From positions 9,811 through 73,810 of IMG/VR virus record IMGVR_UViG_3300035670_000145: 64,000 bases of DNA. One strand, given 5' to 3'. Positions 9,730-19,450 of this stretch are shown here, piece after piece. Source of the stretch: a virus. Position 1 is the stretch's first letter; each line of letters starts with the position of its first letter. The position numbers were made by a program, and so were the translations under genes. Below the pieces are notes generated by a model. That model was given only the letters and a program-made list of their open reading frames with translations, was not told the DNA's origin and did no database searches.

Positions 9730-10635
9730 TCAGTTATCCTGCACGTAAATGACGCTCTTGGGATAGTAGAGAGCCACGCCACCAACGCGAGCATGGGCGG
9801 GAACAATGAATTCCAGACCACGCTGCTGGGGCGGGAACAGCTCAAGAGGTTGAGGGATGTGCAGTTGCACCTTGCCGGGATCGCGCTTGTAGACGACCAT
9901 GCGGTTTTTGCCAATCGAGCTATTAGCACCGGCGAGCTGGTTAATGGGCTCGACGTTGCGGATGTAGGGATTGGTGCGCAGGAAATATTCCAGGACGGTC
10001 ACGTCCGAAGAATCGCTATTGCGGGTGGTGCTCACCTTGTTATAGTCCTCATAAGCCATGAGGATGGTGTCAGGCTCTTCCTTCATTTTCGAGGCGCTGA
10101 TGATGGCAGTCACGCCATAGTTCAGCAGCTCGAGCATGTCCTGAGCAGTAGTGCCACTATCAGTGAACCACTTGTCAGCGATGACGAGATCAACCGTCGA
10201 ATTATTGAAGAAGCCGGCCAGGCCCACCGAGGACTCACCGAACATTGCCACTGCTTCAACCTTCTCTTCGTAAGCACGACGAACGGCATTAGCACGGCGC
10301 TGCTCAAGAGCAATGTTTGCCATTTGAGCGGCACGCAGTTCCTGAACGGTGTAGCCAAAGCTGCCCCCGAAAGAGCGAATATTGATGCTCTTTTCGGTTT
10401 GGCTGATGTCGGCACGAGGCAGATCATCGGCGGCGTCAGCAATCAGACGGAATTCACCCGTGGCATCCATGATGCGGTAGGTGAAAGTTTGTGCACCAGG
10501 GCCAGCTTCGCTGGTCACAGGCAGAATAGTAGGGTACTTGATGTCAGCGTAGGTGACTTCAAACACTTGCGGGCGAATGTACTCAAGCTGACGCTCAAGA
10601 AACAGACCCGCTTCATCCATGCGAAAATCAGACAT
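9730..10635 (-). CDS. Major capsid protein (DUF2184, HK97 fold)
   Basis: FL.RQLEYI, Y.Y..QEL.AA, GGV...YP motifs; follows protease and decoration genes. Confidence 0.92.
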   Translation of the reverse strand: MSDFRMDEAGLFLERQLEYIRPQVFEVTYADIKYPTILPVTSEAGPGAQTFTYRIMDATGEFRLIADAADDLPRADISQTEKSINIRSFGGSFGYTVQELRAAQMANIALEQRRANAVRRAYEEKVEAVAMFGESSVGLAGFFNNSTVDLVIADKWFTDSGTTAQDMLELLNYGVTAIISASKMKEEPDTILMAYEDYNKVSTTRNSDSSDVTVLEYFLRTNPYIRNVEPINQLAGANSSIGKNRMVVYKRDPGKVQLHIPQPLELFPPQQRGLEFIVPAHARVGGVALYYPKSVIYVQDN

Positions 10636-10649
10636 TGGAGGGCCTCCTA

Positions 10650-11210
10650 TCAGGTGTCAGCGGTGAGGGTGAACGAAGGACCGTTCAGCTCAACGATCGC
10701 CAGGCCGGAGCCGGTGACAGAAGTGAGATAACGGGCATTCGACAAGAGAGCAGACTTGTTCGCAATGGCTTCGCCAGTGAACTGACCTGCATACTTGACG
10801 CCAGTGGCAGTGTGAATGACGCGCACTGCAGTGGCAGGGGTGACATCGCCGTGAACATACACAGCAACAGCGCCTTCATTAGCAACGTTCAGCACTTGTT
10901 CATTCTTCACGCCGGGACGGCTATTGGAGTCAAGAGCGGTCTCGTCCACGTAGGTGAGAACGTTCAGGCCAACAACGGTTTCGCCCGTGTCGCCGAGAGT
11001 CTTAGCAGAATTAGCAACGGTGCCGCCGCTGGCATAAGCAACGACATTGCCGAAAGCAATGACAGCATCCGTCTCGTTGACGTAGGTGCCAATGGTGTTG
11101 TCGCGAATGTCGGACAGTTGGCCTTCCAGGAGGGCGGTCAGCTCAAGAGCGTAGCTCTGCTGAACACCACCTGCAGCAGCCGTGCCCGAAGGGGTGAAAG
11201 TAACGGCCAT
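10650..11210 (-). CDS. Capsid decoration/cement protein
   Basis: Sits between the DUF2213 protease and DUF2184 capsid genes; small-residue-rich, G.V.V motif. Confidence 0.75.
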   Translation of the reverse strand: MAVTFTPSGTAAAGGVQQSYALELTALLEGQLSDIRDNTIGTYVNETDAVIAFGNVVAYASGGTVANSAKTLGDTGETVVGLNVLTYVDETALDSNSRPGVKNEQVLNVANEGAVAVYVHGDVTPATAVRVIHTATGVKYAGQFTGEAIANKSALLSNARYLTSVTGSGLAIVELNGPSFTLTADT

Positions 11211-11213
11211 GGA

Positions 11214-12407
11214 TCAGCGCTCCTTGGAGATGGAAAGAGGAGCCTTCCAAGCATTCTGCAGGCGCTCCATGTAGGAAGCAGGAGCAGAAGCGGGAGAGGC
11301 GATGGAAGCAACGGCTTTGCGCAGCTCGTCAGTGGCAGCCGAATCAGCCCGAGGCAGTTCAGCCAGAGTGTCGAACATGGCTTGCACGTAATCGTCGGAA
11401 CGCTCCGACAGATCAAGAATGTCGCCACGGACTGCTTTAATAGCAGCCTCCATGACTTCACGGGCACTCTTGCCAGAGAAATCAAACTCACTGTCCAGAG
11501 TGTTGCGAGCTTTGTCGATCAGCGCAACGCGCTCTTCGACCAGCGAGTCGAGATTGATTTCCTTGGCGGAGTCAAGCTCGGCACGTGCAGCTTCAAGCTC
11601 TTGCTCAAGAGCATCGGCGCGACCCTCGGCGGCATCGCACTTGCCCTTCATATCCTTTTGCATGGCATCCATTTCTTCCTTCATTTTGGAAGCTTCTGCC
11701 ATCATCTCATCGTATTTCTTTTTCATCATGTCAAGATTTGCCTTGGCATCTTCGCGCTCTTTGGCGATAGATGTTGCAATGCCCTCCGACACTTCAAAAG
11801 AAACACCATCGAAATTGACTTGAGCAGTCATGGGTGTGTCCTCGTTATGGAGAATTAAAGACGGATCGGCGGCATCTAGACGATCTAGATGAAGCTTCAC
11901 CTGCGGGCCTGCCCGGCCCCTGCGAACCACTGCAATGTGATTACCGTCGATCATCCGCTGGATGCCGTCGTAATGTTCACCATTGTCCGCAACGCCAGGC
12001 GTGGGGTCAAATTGAACCCTGTAACCAGCGCTAACTTCCTTTGCATCGCCCCGCATGATCCGCTCAATTGCGTCCTTGTCTGTGATGGTCATGACGGCAC
12101 GGACAAAGCCGTTGTCATAAACCACTTCAGTGCCTGAAAAACCGATTTGATAGTCTTTCGTATTGGCGCTATCGAGAAGAGCAGGGGGGTGCTCGAAAGT
12201 TACAGCCTTGCCCGCAAACGAAGCGAGGCTCTCTGGTGAGCCCACTTCTTCCTCGGGACGATATTCACGCCGAACCCCACCGCCCGCATCGGTGTACATT
12301 TGTACGCCAGTGCGAGCAATAGTAGCCCAAGTGCGAAGATAACCCTCGGGGGTTAGTTCGTACTTTTCTATGGGCGCGACATCGTAACGAAAAGAAGTTT
12401 CGCTCAT
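11214..12407 (-). CDS. Prohead protease/scaffold fusion (DUF2213)
   Basis: TPEGYL, ARTG.Q.Y, VT.EHP, E.SAGY, NHIAVV.RGRAG motifs plus coiled-coil C-terminus. Confidence 0.93.
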   Translation of the reverse strand: MSETSFRYDVAPIEKYELTPEGYLRTWATIARTGVQMYTDAGGGVRREYRPEEEVGSPESLASFAGKAVTFEHPPALLDSANTKDYQIGFSGTEVVYDNGFVRAVMTITDKDAIERIMRGDAKEVSAGYRVQFDPTPGVADNGEHYDGIQRMIDGNHIAVVRRGRAGPQVKLHLDRLDAADPSLILHNEDTPMTAQVNFDGVSFEVSEGIATSIAKEREDAKANLDMMKKKYDEMMAEASKMKEEMDAMQKDMKGKCDAAEGRADALEQELEAARAELDSAKEINLDSLVEERVALIDKARNTLDSEFDFSGKSAREVMEAAIKAVRGDILDLSERSDDYVQAMFDTLAELPRADSAATDELRKAVASIASPASAPASYMERLQNAWKAPLSISKER

Positions 12408-12446
12408 ATAAATAAACTAACAATCAAAAGCAATCATGTATAATAA

Positions 12447-12764
12447 GTGTTCCAGAAACGAAACACCGTGCGCCTGGTTTCCAGCAAGGTCAACGCCTTC
12501 CGAATGCCTCACCTACAGCGACGCACGCTTGTGGCCAATCGCATAAAAGAGGCTCGCCTTAATAGCGGCTTATCACAAAGAGACGTGGCAAAAGAGCTGC
12601 ACATAGGAGCCGCCACTTACTGTCGAATGGAAAAAGCAATGACAGAACCTTCTGCTGTGCAATTGGCAACCCTGAGCGGTCTCTATGGTCTATCTGTACT
12701 ATGGCTGCTGGGAATGCCCAGCTTTGTTGTCAATGCGGCTCAGTCTTCGTCGTCTTCGTCTTGA
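12447..12764 (+). CDS. XRE-family HTH regulator
   Basis: RIKEAR..SGLSQRDVA..L.I....Y.R.E....EPS...L..L...YG.S..WLLG. Confidence 0.85.
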   Translation: MFQKRNTVRLVSSKVNAFRMPHLQRRTLVANRIKEARLNSGLSQRDVAKELHIGAATYCRMEKAMTEPSAVQLATLSGLYGLSVLWLLGMPSFVVNAAQSSSSSS

Positions 12765-13051
12765 ATGGAGCGAATTTGCTCTTCTACTCCTTCCATGACA
12801 TATGCCTTGGCGATTGCCTCCGCCTCAAAAGTAAGCATCTTCACGGGCTCAAAATGCTCGTCCGGCTTTTCGTAGAAGCTTTCCACGAAAATATGCGTTT
12901 CGTCAAGGCGACCATTCTTGAAATGTTGCCTTTCGACCAAGCGCCAATGAGAAGTGCTGCGATGCTCATGGGCCGAAAGAATGGCCAGAGCTTTCAAAAC
13001 GCCAATGCCGTCTTCTTCTTCCTCTTCAATCACGCGCACATATTCGCTCAT
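12740..13051 (-). CDS. Hypothetical acidic protein
   Basis: 103-aa ORF co-oriented with the head module. Confidence 0.65.
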   Translation of the reverse strand: MSEYVRVIEEEEEDGIGVLKALAILSAHEHRSTSHWRLVERQHFKNGRLDETHIFVESFYEKPDEHFEPVKMLTFEAEAIAKAYVMEGVEEQIRSIQDEDDED

Positions 13052-13078
13052 TGGTCCCTTTTGCGGCTTTCCACCATC

Positions 13079-13735
13079 TTAACGGTCGGCCTTCGGGATG
13101 CACTTCCGCCCTCTCTGGTGTTGTTTCATGTTCCCCATGGTGCCCTTGATTTGAGCACCACACCTATTGCATGTTCTTGCCACTTTCCCTTTTTCCTTAT
13201 TCAACCACGCATTCATTTCTTTGTTGCGAGCTTTTGCTCTTTCACTGGAAGCTGCGCGTGCTTCATCCGAAGATAATGGATGATTGCCTTCTTCTCGCCA
13301 CCTTTGCTGTGTTTCTTTGGTCGCCTTTGAAATCTTTTGACGCCCTTCTTGAGAAATGGTCCAACCTTCTGCGATACGCCTTTTCATCTGTTGAGAAAGG
13401 AAAGCTCTTCCTTCTGGAGTTTTGGTCCAGTTGTGCTCGCTAAGAACACGCCTGAGCCTTTCAAATTTGCGCGAGTTCATCCGAGGATCGCGCTTGGACA
13501 TGCAAAGCAATGCCGCAACCGTTCCTTGACATGGAAACATTTTGAACAAGAGGCGATGGGCAATCCAATGCTCCCTCAACGTAAGAGGAACAATTTTCTT
13601 GTTTTCTTTCCTGTCGCTCCAAAAGCAAATAGGAAAGTAATGATGCCATTCGTATTTTTGGTTTAGGTCTAAATTGTCTTCCGCCCTTTCTTTTGCCCTT
13701 TCGATCAAGCGAACATACGCCTGCCTATAATCCAT
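13079..13735 (-). mobile_element. Free-standing HNH homing endonuclease (MobE-like)
   Basis: YEWHH..P...LT.REH..AH.LL motif, basic helical C-terminus and a terminal Zn finger; TATAAT at 13762-13767 upstream. Confidence 0.8.
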
Positions 13736-14291
13736 CTTGCTTCTGTCGCTCAACTCGCTCGATTATAGAGCGAGCCCACTTCTCTCCACTCTTCCCGCCC
13801 CATAGCAGCATTGATACGAATCCCGCATCATCTTCCCCTCCAGCGAAATTTTTGCGATGTCTCGAAAAGAACGCCGCCATGCGCTTGATGGTTTCATAGC
13901 TCACTGCTTCTCCATTGGCCAGGCTCGTAGCCCTTGCCACGCCGCTGCCAATGCCTTCTTTGCCGGCTTCTTGCGTGGTCAAGCCACCTTTGCCATGCTT
14001 CTTGCGAAGCTCAAGCCCGCGACGCGCTGCAGATCGCACTGACGATGGAGGGGAAAATGATTCGGCGTCTTCTTTGTCCTCTTTTTCTGTAGCCAGCTCA
14101 TTCATGAAGGCCATATAGTATTCGTCGCCCATGTCCTTTTTAGGCTTGCGAGACAGGCCAGCTTCGGACAGGGCAATTGCGAGAGCCCGTTGAGCGCTTT
14201 TCACTGTTTCGCCGCTGCTGCTTTTCAGCTTGCCAGCTTGGAATTCGCGCATGACAAAAGCCACTTTGGCTTGCTTTTCTTTCGCTGTCAT
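13725..14291 (-). CDS. Hypothetical head-module protein (two small basic domains)
   Basis: KVAFVMREF.AGKLKSSSG...ALAIALSEAG domain plus PP.SVR.AARRGL...GVARA..L..G..VS..TIKRM..FFSRH domain. Confidence 0.7.
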   Translation of the reverse strand: MTAKEKQAKVAFVMREFQAGKLKSSSGETVKSAQRALAIALSEAGLSRKPKKDMGDEYYMAFMNELATEKEDKEDAESFSPPSSVRSAARRGLELRKKHGKGGLTTQEAGKEGIGSGVARATSLANGEAVSYETIKRMAAFFSRHRKNFAGGEDDAGFVSMLLWGGKSGEKWARSIIERVERQKQDGL

Positions 14292-14311
14292 GGCAATGGT
14301 TTTCTTTTAGT

Positions 14312-15037
14312 TTAGGGGCCGAAGAACTGAATGGGAGCAGTTTCAATGGTCATGCCATGCCACACTTTGTCTCGATGGAGAACGAGGGCTGTCATGATGC
14401 GCTCGGCCAAGAAAGAAATGTAGCGGCAGTTATAGCCTTCAATTTGCATAATTTTCTCTTTCCCATCGTCCCATATCGGCCACATGCAATCAAGAAGCGT
14501 TTGCATAAATTGACAGTAAAGCTGATGAGGGCCGCGAGCCATGATGTGACCATAAAAAACCTTTTGCTCAAAGGCGGCTTCTAGATTTTCCCTCGAGAGA
14601 GGCAGCTCTCCTCTGTCTGCAGCGGCCAGCGCTTGATCAATTCCATCCATTCCTTTATGCCCGCCTGCGTATTGTTCGGCCACTGAACAGTGAAAATACT
14701 CTGGTTCTGGAATATACAGCACAGACGGCGATGACGGCTCCAAGCCATCGTCTCTCCATTTACGCCTGTATTGAGCATTGCCAATGAAATCATAAGGCGA
14801 ATTATTGACAATCCAGTAAATGCCAGTCAGTTCAGACCACCATTTATTCAGTTCGGAAATACTGCGCCCTTGATTATCAAGAATCCATCCACTATGCGCC
14901 AAGTCAATTTGATCATAAACGCTCAACTTTTCAGCTCCTAATCGCATTCGATGCATCGTTGCAAGTGTGTCATAGCGAGGCAAATTATCGCCATGACACA
15001 TCACATAAAGATGGTGGTTTTTAGCCTGCGTAGACAT
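14312..15037 (-). CDS. Putative glycosyltransferase (DUF4422-like)
   Basis: IS.LN.WWSELTG.YW, IG..QYRR, R...FLAER motifs. Confidence 0.75.
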   Translation of the reverse strand: MSTQAKNHHLYVMCHGDNLPRYDTLATMHRMRLGAEKLSVYDQIDLAHSGWILDNQGRSISELNKWWSELTGIYWIVNNSPYDFIGNAQYRRKWRDDGLEPSSPSVLYIPEPEYFHCSVAEQYAGGHKGMDGIDQALAAADRGELPLSRENLEAAFEQKVFYGHIMARGPHQLYCQFMQTLLDCMWPIWDDGKEKIMQIEGYNCRYISFLAERIMTALVLHRDKVWHGMTIETAPIQFFGP

Positions 15038-15731
15038 TGCGAGCGGCCCAAAGTTCGTTGTAATTATTCACTCCTTTAGCCCCTACTCCCGTTAAGTCAC
15101 CACCGCCAGAAGGCTTACTCCAGGCCATGATCGTTCCATCGGGAAGAACAAATGCCCTATTCTTTTGCTCGTGCGTGGGGGTCAGCTCAAGATAGTCGCC
15201 ATAGACAAAGTCCGACTGTCCCTTGTTAATTGCAAGTGCCTCTCCCAAGAGCGTGGGGCCAGTGGGACACAATGGGGTGATGCCATAGTATTGCTCGTGG
15301 CAATTTTTGACAATCAGCCCAATGGCAGTGACCAATGCAGGATTGTTGGGCTGCGAATAAAGAACCGTCGTAGCACAGGCCCAAGAGGTGAAGCTAAACC
15401 GTTGAATGTCACGAAAAGCCAGCATCTTAATTCGTGGCCCAATCTCCACTGGATTGACCACCCTGATGGCAATGTCAAAATACCATCCGCCCAGCTTGTT
15501 CAGCAAGCAAAATCGACCCAAATCGGCTTTGTACGAATAGGGCTTGAGCGTGTCATAAGCCCAAAGCACTTCCGTGCCGTAATTGTCGGCAATAAATTGT
15601 CTCAGGCTTTCTTTGTTGTAGACGGTGTGGTTCGCGCTAGGAAACGCAGTTTTAACAGTGCCCGTGGCATGTTGGAGAAACGGCGAAAGCTCATCGCTTA
15701 CGTCGCTCAGAAAGATTTGCGAGATTTCCAT
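15021..15731 (-). CDS. Glycosyltransferase, DXD sugar-binding (GT32/Och1-like)
   Basis: YKADL.R.CLL...GGWY.DI and TGP.LL motifs; ATG at 15731 preferred. Confidence 0.85.
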   Translation of the reverse strand: MEISQIFLSDVSDELSPFLQHATGTVKTAFPSANHTVYNKESLRQFIADNYGTEVLWAYDTLKPYSYKADLGRFCLLNKLGGWYFDIAIRVVNPVEIGPRIKMLAFRDIQRFSFTSWACATTVLYSQPNNPALVTAIGLIVKNCHEQYYGITPLCPTGPTLLGEALAINKGQSDFVYGDYLELTPTHEQKNRAFVLPDGTIMAWSKPSGGGDLTGVGAKGVNNYNELWAARNVYAG

Positions 15732-15733
15732 GG

Positions 15734-16957
15734 TCAAGCGATGCGAGCGGGAGTGCCAAAACCTTTGAACTCTACAGGAGCTTCCTTTTGTTCTAGCGTT
15801 TTCTTCACGATGCCTAGCATTTGCTTTTGCACAAAAGGCCAAGTGAAGGGCTCTTGATGGATGCGTTCATGGCACCACTCTCCAGCCATTTGCAGTTCTT
15901 CCCGATTGTGGTAATAATGGTCCAAGATATTGGCCAGCTCTGAAGGAGATGGCTGTCCGCGTTCAAGGCCATAGTTCCTATCGGTTTCCCAGCTCTCAAC
16001 GGGAATTCGCTTCACGCCATCGAAAATCTCTTTCAAGCTTGTGTGATCAGGCACCACTTGCGCCACGCCAGTAGCAGCGTGCTCAGTATTCACAAGCCCC
16101 CATCCCTCGCCAATGCAAGTGTTCACTCCTACGTCACAAGCGTTGTACACCTTGTTCAGTTGTTCAACGGGAAGGCAGTTATGGGTTGAAAATTGCGGAC
16201 TGGTCAGAATGAGCTTGCCGGTGGCATCGTAACCCTCGTCTCTGGCCACACGCTTGAACAGCGGAACAAGCTCCCACCCCATGTCCTTGCTGCCCATATT
16301 GAGCCAAAGTCGAGCATCGGGCTTGTCCTTGGCAAATTTTATAAAGCCTTTAATTGTCAAGTCAATGCGCTTGCGCGGTTGATTCCTGTTGCCGTTGAAG
16401 ACAATAAATACGTCTCCTGGCACTCCAAGCTCCTTACGGCATTCTTGCTTATCAATGGGAAAAAAATGAGAAAAATTGGTGCCGTGGCCAACTGTGTACA
16501 CATGTTTGTCGTAGCCAATTTTCTTGATTTCTTCTTTTGCAAACTGTGTGTAAGTGATGAGCGTATCCCACTTGTCAATCGCAGGAAGCAGCCCCGGAAA
16601 CAATCCATAGGAATCAATGGGAGTGTAAATAGCAGTTTTGAAGCCAATGCTCTCTTTGAACGGAGCAATCTTGTCCATCAGACCAATTGCCACCCAAATA
16701 TCGTTTACGACAAATACAAGGTCAGGCTTGATAATCTGCACAAGCTCTCCAATGCGATGAGAGCCGAACGGATCAGAGCCATGAGCCATGGCTGGATACA
16801 TGCGGCAATGCTGCTGCATTTCGTTTGGGTCGCCATGCCAATTCACTGCCAAGGCATGCACTTCATGCTCTGCTGCCATTGCGGGAATCAAATATTCGGC
16901 CACTCGCCCGAATCCCGTTTGCACTCCAACGTCGCCGCAATAAAGAATGGTAGCCAC
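15734..16957 (-). CDS. GT-B glycosyltransferase (GT4-like)
   Basis: TGFGRV, NRNQPRKR.D, YNACD.G.NT..GEGWGL...E motifs. Confidence 0.9.
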   Translation of the reverse strand: MATILYCGDVGVQTGFGRVAEYLIPAMAAEHEVHALAVNWHGDPNEMQQHCRMYPAMAHGSDPFGSHRIGELVQIIKPDLVFVVNDIWVAIGLMDKIAPFKESIGFKTAIYTPIDSYGLFPGLLPAIDKWDTLITYTQFAKEEIKKIGYDKHVYTVGHGTNFSHFFPIDKQECRKELGVPGDVFIVFNGNRNQPRKRIDLTIKGFIKFAKDKPDARLWLNMGSKDMGWELVPLFKRVARDEGYDATGKLILTSPQFSTHNCLPVEQLNKVYNACDVGVNTCIGEGWGLVNTEHAATGVAQVVPDHTSLKEIFDGVKRIPVESWETDRNYGLERGQPSPSELANILDHYYHNREELQMAGEWCHERIHQEPFTWPFVQKQMLGIVKKTLEQKEAPVEFKGFGTPARIA

Positions 16958-17026
16958 GAAAATTTTGAGACTGGCCTCATCTTAGGGACGCTTTTAGACT
17001 GTGACAAAGGCTAGGGCGGTGCGGCA

Positions 17027-17998
17027 ATGAAGGTGGCGATCATCGGAGCAGGATGGGTGGGGTGTCATTTGGCCTTAAGTTTGAGCAGCGATTATGAAGT
17101 GGTGCTTTTCGATCCGTTTCCATTCAAGGGCGCGTCACTCCTAAATCAAAACCGCCTTCACATGGGCTATCACTATGCCCGAAACCATGCCACTAGAGAA
17201 CTGTGTCAAAACACCTTTAATGCCTTCATGCGTGACTACGGTTTTCTAACGGAAACAGTGGAGAACAATCTCTATGCCGTGCCAAGCGAAGAAAGTTTAC
17301 TGGATGCGAAGACAGTGGAAACCATTTTCCCTCCATTGTCATGGCACCACGAGAGAATGGAAGCTCCGTTCCTGCGTGACACTGAAATGGTTTGGCGCAC
17401 ACAAGAACGATATATTTGTCCCTTAAAAACTAAAGAATTTATGCTGCAGCAATTGTCCCCTGTGCTACGCCGCGAACGCATTAGCAAGGCGCAATTACCG
17501 GCCTTGCAGCGAGACTGTTCACTGATCATTGACTGTACAAACAATACCTTGCTACGTCCTCGCACTAATGAATATTTTGAAGCGGTGGCGATGTTCATTT
17601 ATGACATCGTAAAACCACTTCCGTTTGGAGCACTTACTTATATTGATGGCCCTCTCTTCTCCATTTACCCCTTCCACGGCGGCACCATTTCTTTGAGCCA
17701 TGTGGTACATAGCGTCATCCATTCGTCTGTCGTACCCATTGCTTCAGATGATGTCAAGGACGACGGCGAAGCAAGGCGCCAGGCAGAGCTTCACGCTCGC
17801 CTTTACTGGCCAAGTTTTTCAGACCACCTCTCATTCTCAAAAACAGTGTATTCGACAAAGAGCAAACGCTCCAATGCAAGCGCCTACAGAGCCCCTCTGT
17901 TCAAGCAAAATGACAATGTGCTTTCGTGTTTCACTGGCAAAATTCAAGGCATCTATTTGATAGAAGCCAAGGCCCGAGAAGTGCTGGCTGGCTTGTAA
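17027..17998 (+). CDS. FAD-dependent oxidoreductase
   Basis: IIGAGW.G Rossmann motif; AS..NQ.RLH.GYHY.R, DGP..S.YP and GKI motifs. Confidence 0.85.
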   Translation: MKVAIIGAGWVGCHLALSLSSDYEVVLFDPFPFKGASLLNQNRLHMGYHYARNHATRELCQNTFNAFMRDYGFLTETVENNLYAVPSEESLLDAKTVETIFPPLSWHHERMEAPFLRDTEMVWRTQERYICPLKTKEFMLQQLSPVLRRERISKAQLPALQRDCSLIIDCTNNTLLRPRTNEYFEAVAMFIYDIVKPLPFGALTYIDGPLFSIYPFHGGTISLSHVVHSVIHSSVVPIASDDVKDDGEARRQAELHARLYWPSFSDHLSFSKTVYSTKSKRSNASAYRAPLFKQNDNVLSCFTGKIQGIYLIEAKAREVLAGL

Positions 17999-18696
17999 AG
18001 GTGGGCGAAGTAATGATATTCTCCGGGATGATTTTTGGTTTTTAACATTTCCCTGACAACTCCGCCAGAATAGCCAGTTCCGCGCAGTGCGTCTGCAAAT
18101 CGCTCGTGCTTGATTTGTTCCGTGATTGGACCAATTTTTTCATCGCTTACATGTACATGAGCGATATAGGGAAAATACTGCATCAACACTTCTTCTGGCA
18201 ACTGATCTTCAAGCCAGGCGCTGTTTGTGTCAATCATTGTTTGCACGCGAGGCAGTGAATATTCGGCCAAGCTCTGAACAATTTCTTCAACTGTAAAGAA
18301 ATAGTTACCGCCATACTGCCTGGCCACTGGTTCAATGCAGATGGTACATTCCGCTTCCTCTAGCTGCTGATGACAAGCGGCAAGTCCATCCATTAGATAG
18401 CGGCAATCGCCTTGCCTTAGCCCAGGGCTGCCGAGAATCATGCGCTTCCACCCAAGAGCCTTGGCTTGGTTGATCAGCAGAGTAATGCACTTCCGAAGGC
18501 CAGGTTCGTCCCAGAAGGCTTCAATGTCCATTCCATAGAACAATGATTGCGCCGAATATTTTTGCAAGTAGCCAGAGAAATGGCTATGCCTCTTGAAAGG
18601 CACCGCCTCCAAAAGCTCAATGCCATCAGGCAAATGCAAAACAATATCTGCATGGTCCTCGGCTTCCCAGCCAATAGCGCTAACCCCGAGCTTCAT
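17953..18696 (-). CDS. Sugar-phosphate isomerase/epimerase (xylose-isomerase-like TIM barrel)
   Basis: S.I.W, QSL.YG, GSP..R, CIEP....YG..., D.., H.HVS metal-ligand pattern. Confidence 0.85.
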   Translation of the reverse strand: MKLGVSAIGWEAEDHADIVLHLPDGIELLEAVPFKRHSHFSGYLQKYSAQSLFYGMDIEAFWDEPGLRKCITLLINQAKALGWKRMILGSPGLRQGDCRYLMDGLAACHQQLEEAECTICIEPVARQYGGNYFFTVEEIVQSLAEYSLPRVQTMIDTNSAWLEDQLPEEVLMQYFPYIAHVHVSDEKIGPITEQIKHERFADALRGTGYSGGVVREMLKTKNHPGEYHYFAHLYKPASTSRALASIK

Positions 18697-19429
18697 TGAT
18701 AAATTCTCCAATCAGCGTGAGATTGTCATTACGCCCTAGCGGCCAATAACCGCTGTTTGTATGCATTGTAAAATGATTGTATTCAATTCTCTCGCCCATC
18801 GTTTTCTTTACGGAAGGAAAAAATTTGTCCATAAGTGTTTCAGTTTCAATGGGAGCGGGGAATAAATTGGCGATGCCGTGAGCCGGGCACTTGCGCAAAT
18901 CGCGCCAGAGATTGTTTAGCGGATACCACTGATAACAACTGTTGGCATTAATTTTTTCCACTTCATGATCGTTGATCAAATCAAACAAAATGTTCTTCTT
19001 GATGAGTCGATGGTAAAGGGCGGGAAGGCGGACAACTTGCAAGGAGTTGCACCAAAGCCTTTCCTTCACAAGCCCCTCAAACAACAAGCGATTTGATCCA
19101 TAGCTTGGCTTCTTCAGCGCCGGCGTCACAATTTCATCCATGAACGCAGATTCCGGGCCGTACACGTCAATTGTCGAAATAAGCGTCACGTGATCGGCGC
19201 AAATGCTTGACAAAATATCAACAATGGAAAAGATATTTTGTAAATCAGTTAGCGGATCTTGATTAACCTTCCACTTAGAAGCGGGCAGGCAGCAAAGGAC
19301 CAAATGATCTATTGGCCAGCTTTCCGTCATGATTTGATGGAAATCCTTGGACGAATAAGTGCGGTCGAAGCTAGTTTGCTCCTGCAGCGCAGAGCCGACT
19401 AGTCCAGTGCTGCCAACGAGAACCTTCAT
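18680..19429 (-). CDS. NAD-dependent epimerase/dehydratase (SDR)
   Basis: LVG.TG.VG, PA.KW..N, LISTIDVY, YG.NR, RLP.L....KKN motifs. Confidence 0.85.
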   Translation of the reverse strand: MKVLVGSTGLVGSALQEQTSFDRTYSSKDFHQIMTESWPIDHLVLCCLPASKWKVNQDPLTDLQNIFSIVDILSSICADHVTLISTIDVYGPESAFMDEIVTPALKKPSYGSNRLLFEGLVKERLWCNSLQVVRLPALYHRLIKKNILFDLINDHEVEKINANSCYQWYPLNNLWRDLRKCPAHGIANLFPAPIETETLMDKFFPSVKKTMGERIEYNHFTMHTNSGYWPLGRNDNLTLIGEFINEARG

Positions 19430-19450
19430 GGCAAAGACGCAATAATGCCA

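Noticed and set aside
9793-11858. Long plus-strand ORFs 9793..10731 and 10635..11858
   Set aside because: Antisense shadows of the strongly codon-biased capsid, decoration and protease genes; no motifs
14312-19429. DNA hypermodification cluster
   Set aside because: No base hydroxylase, hydroxymethylase or dedicated polymerase in the window, and location favours virion targets; not fully excluded
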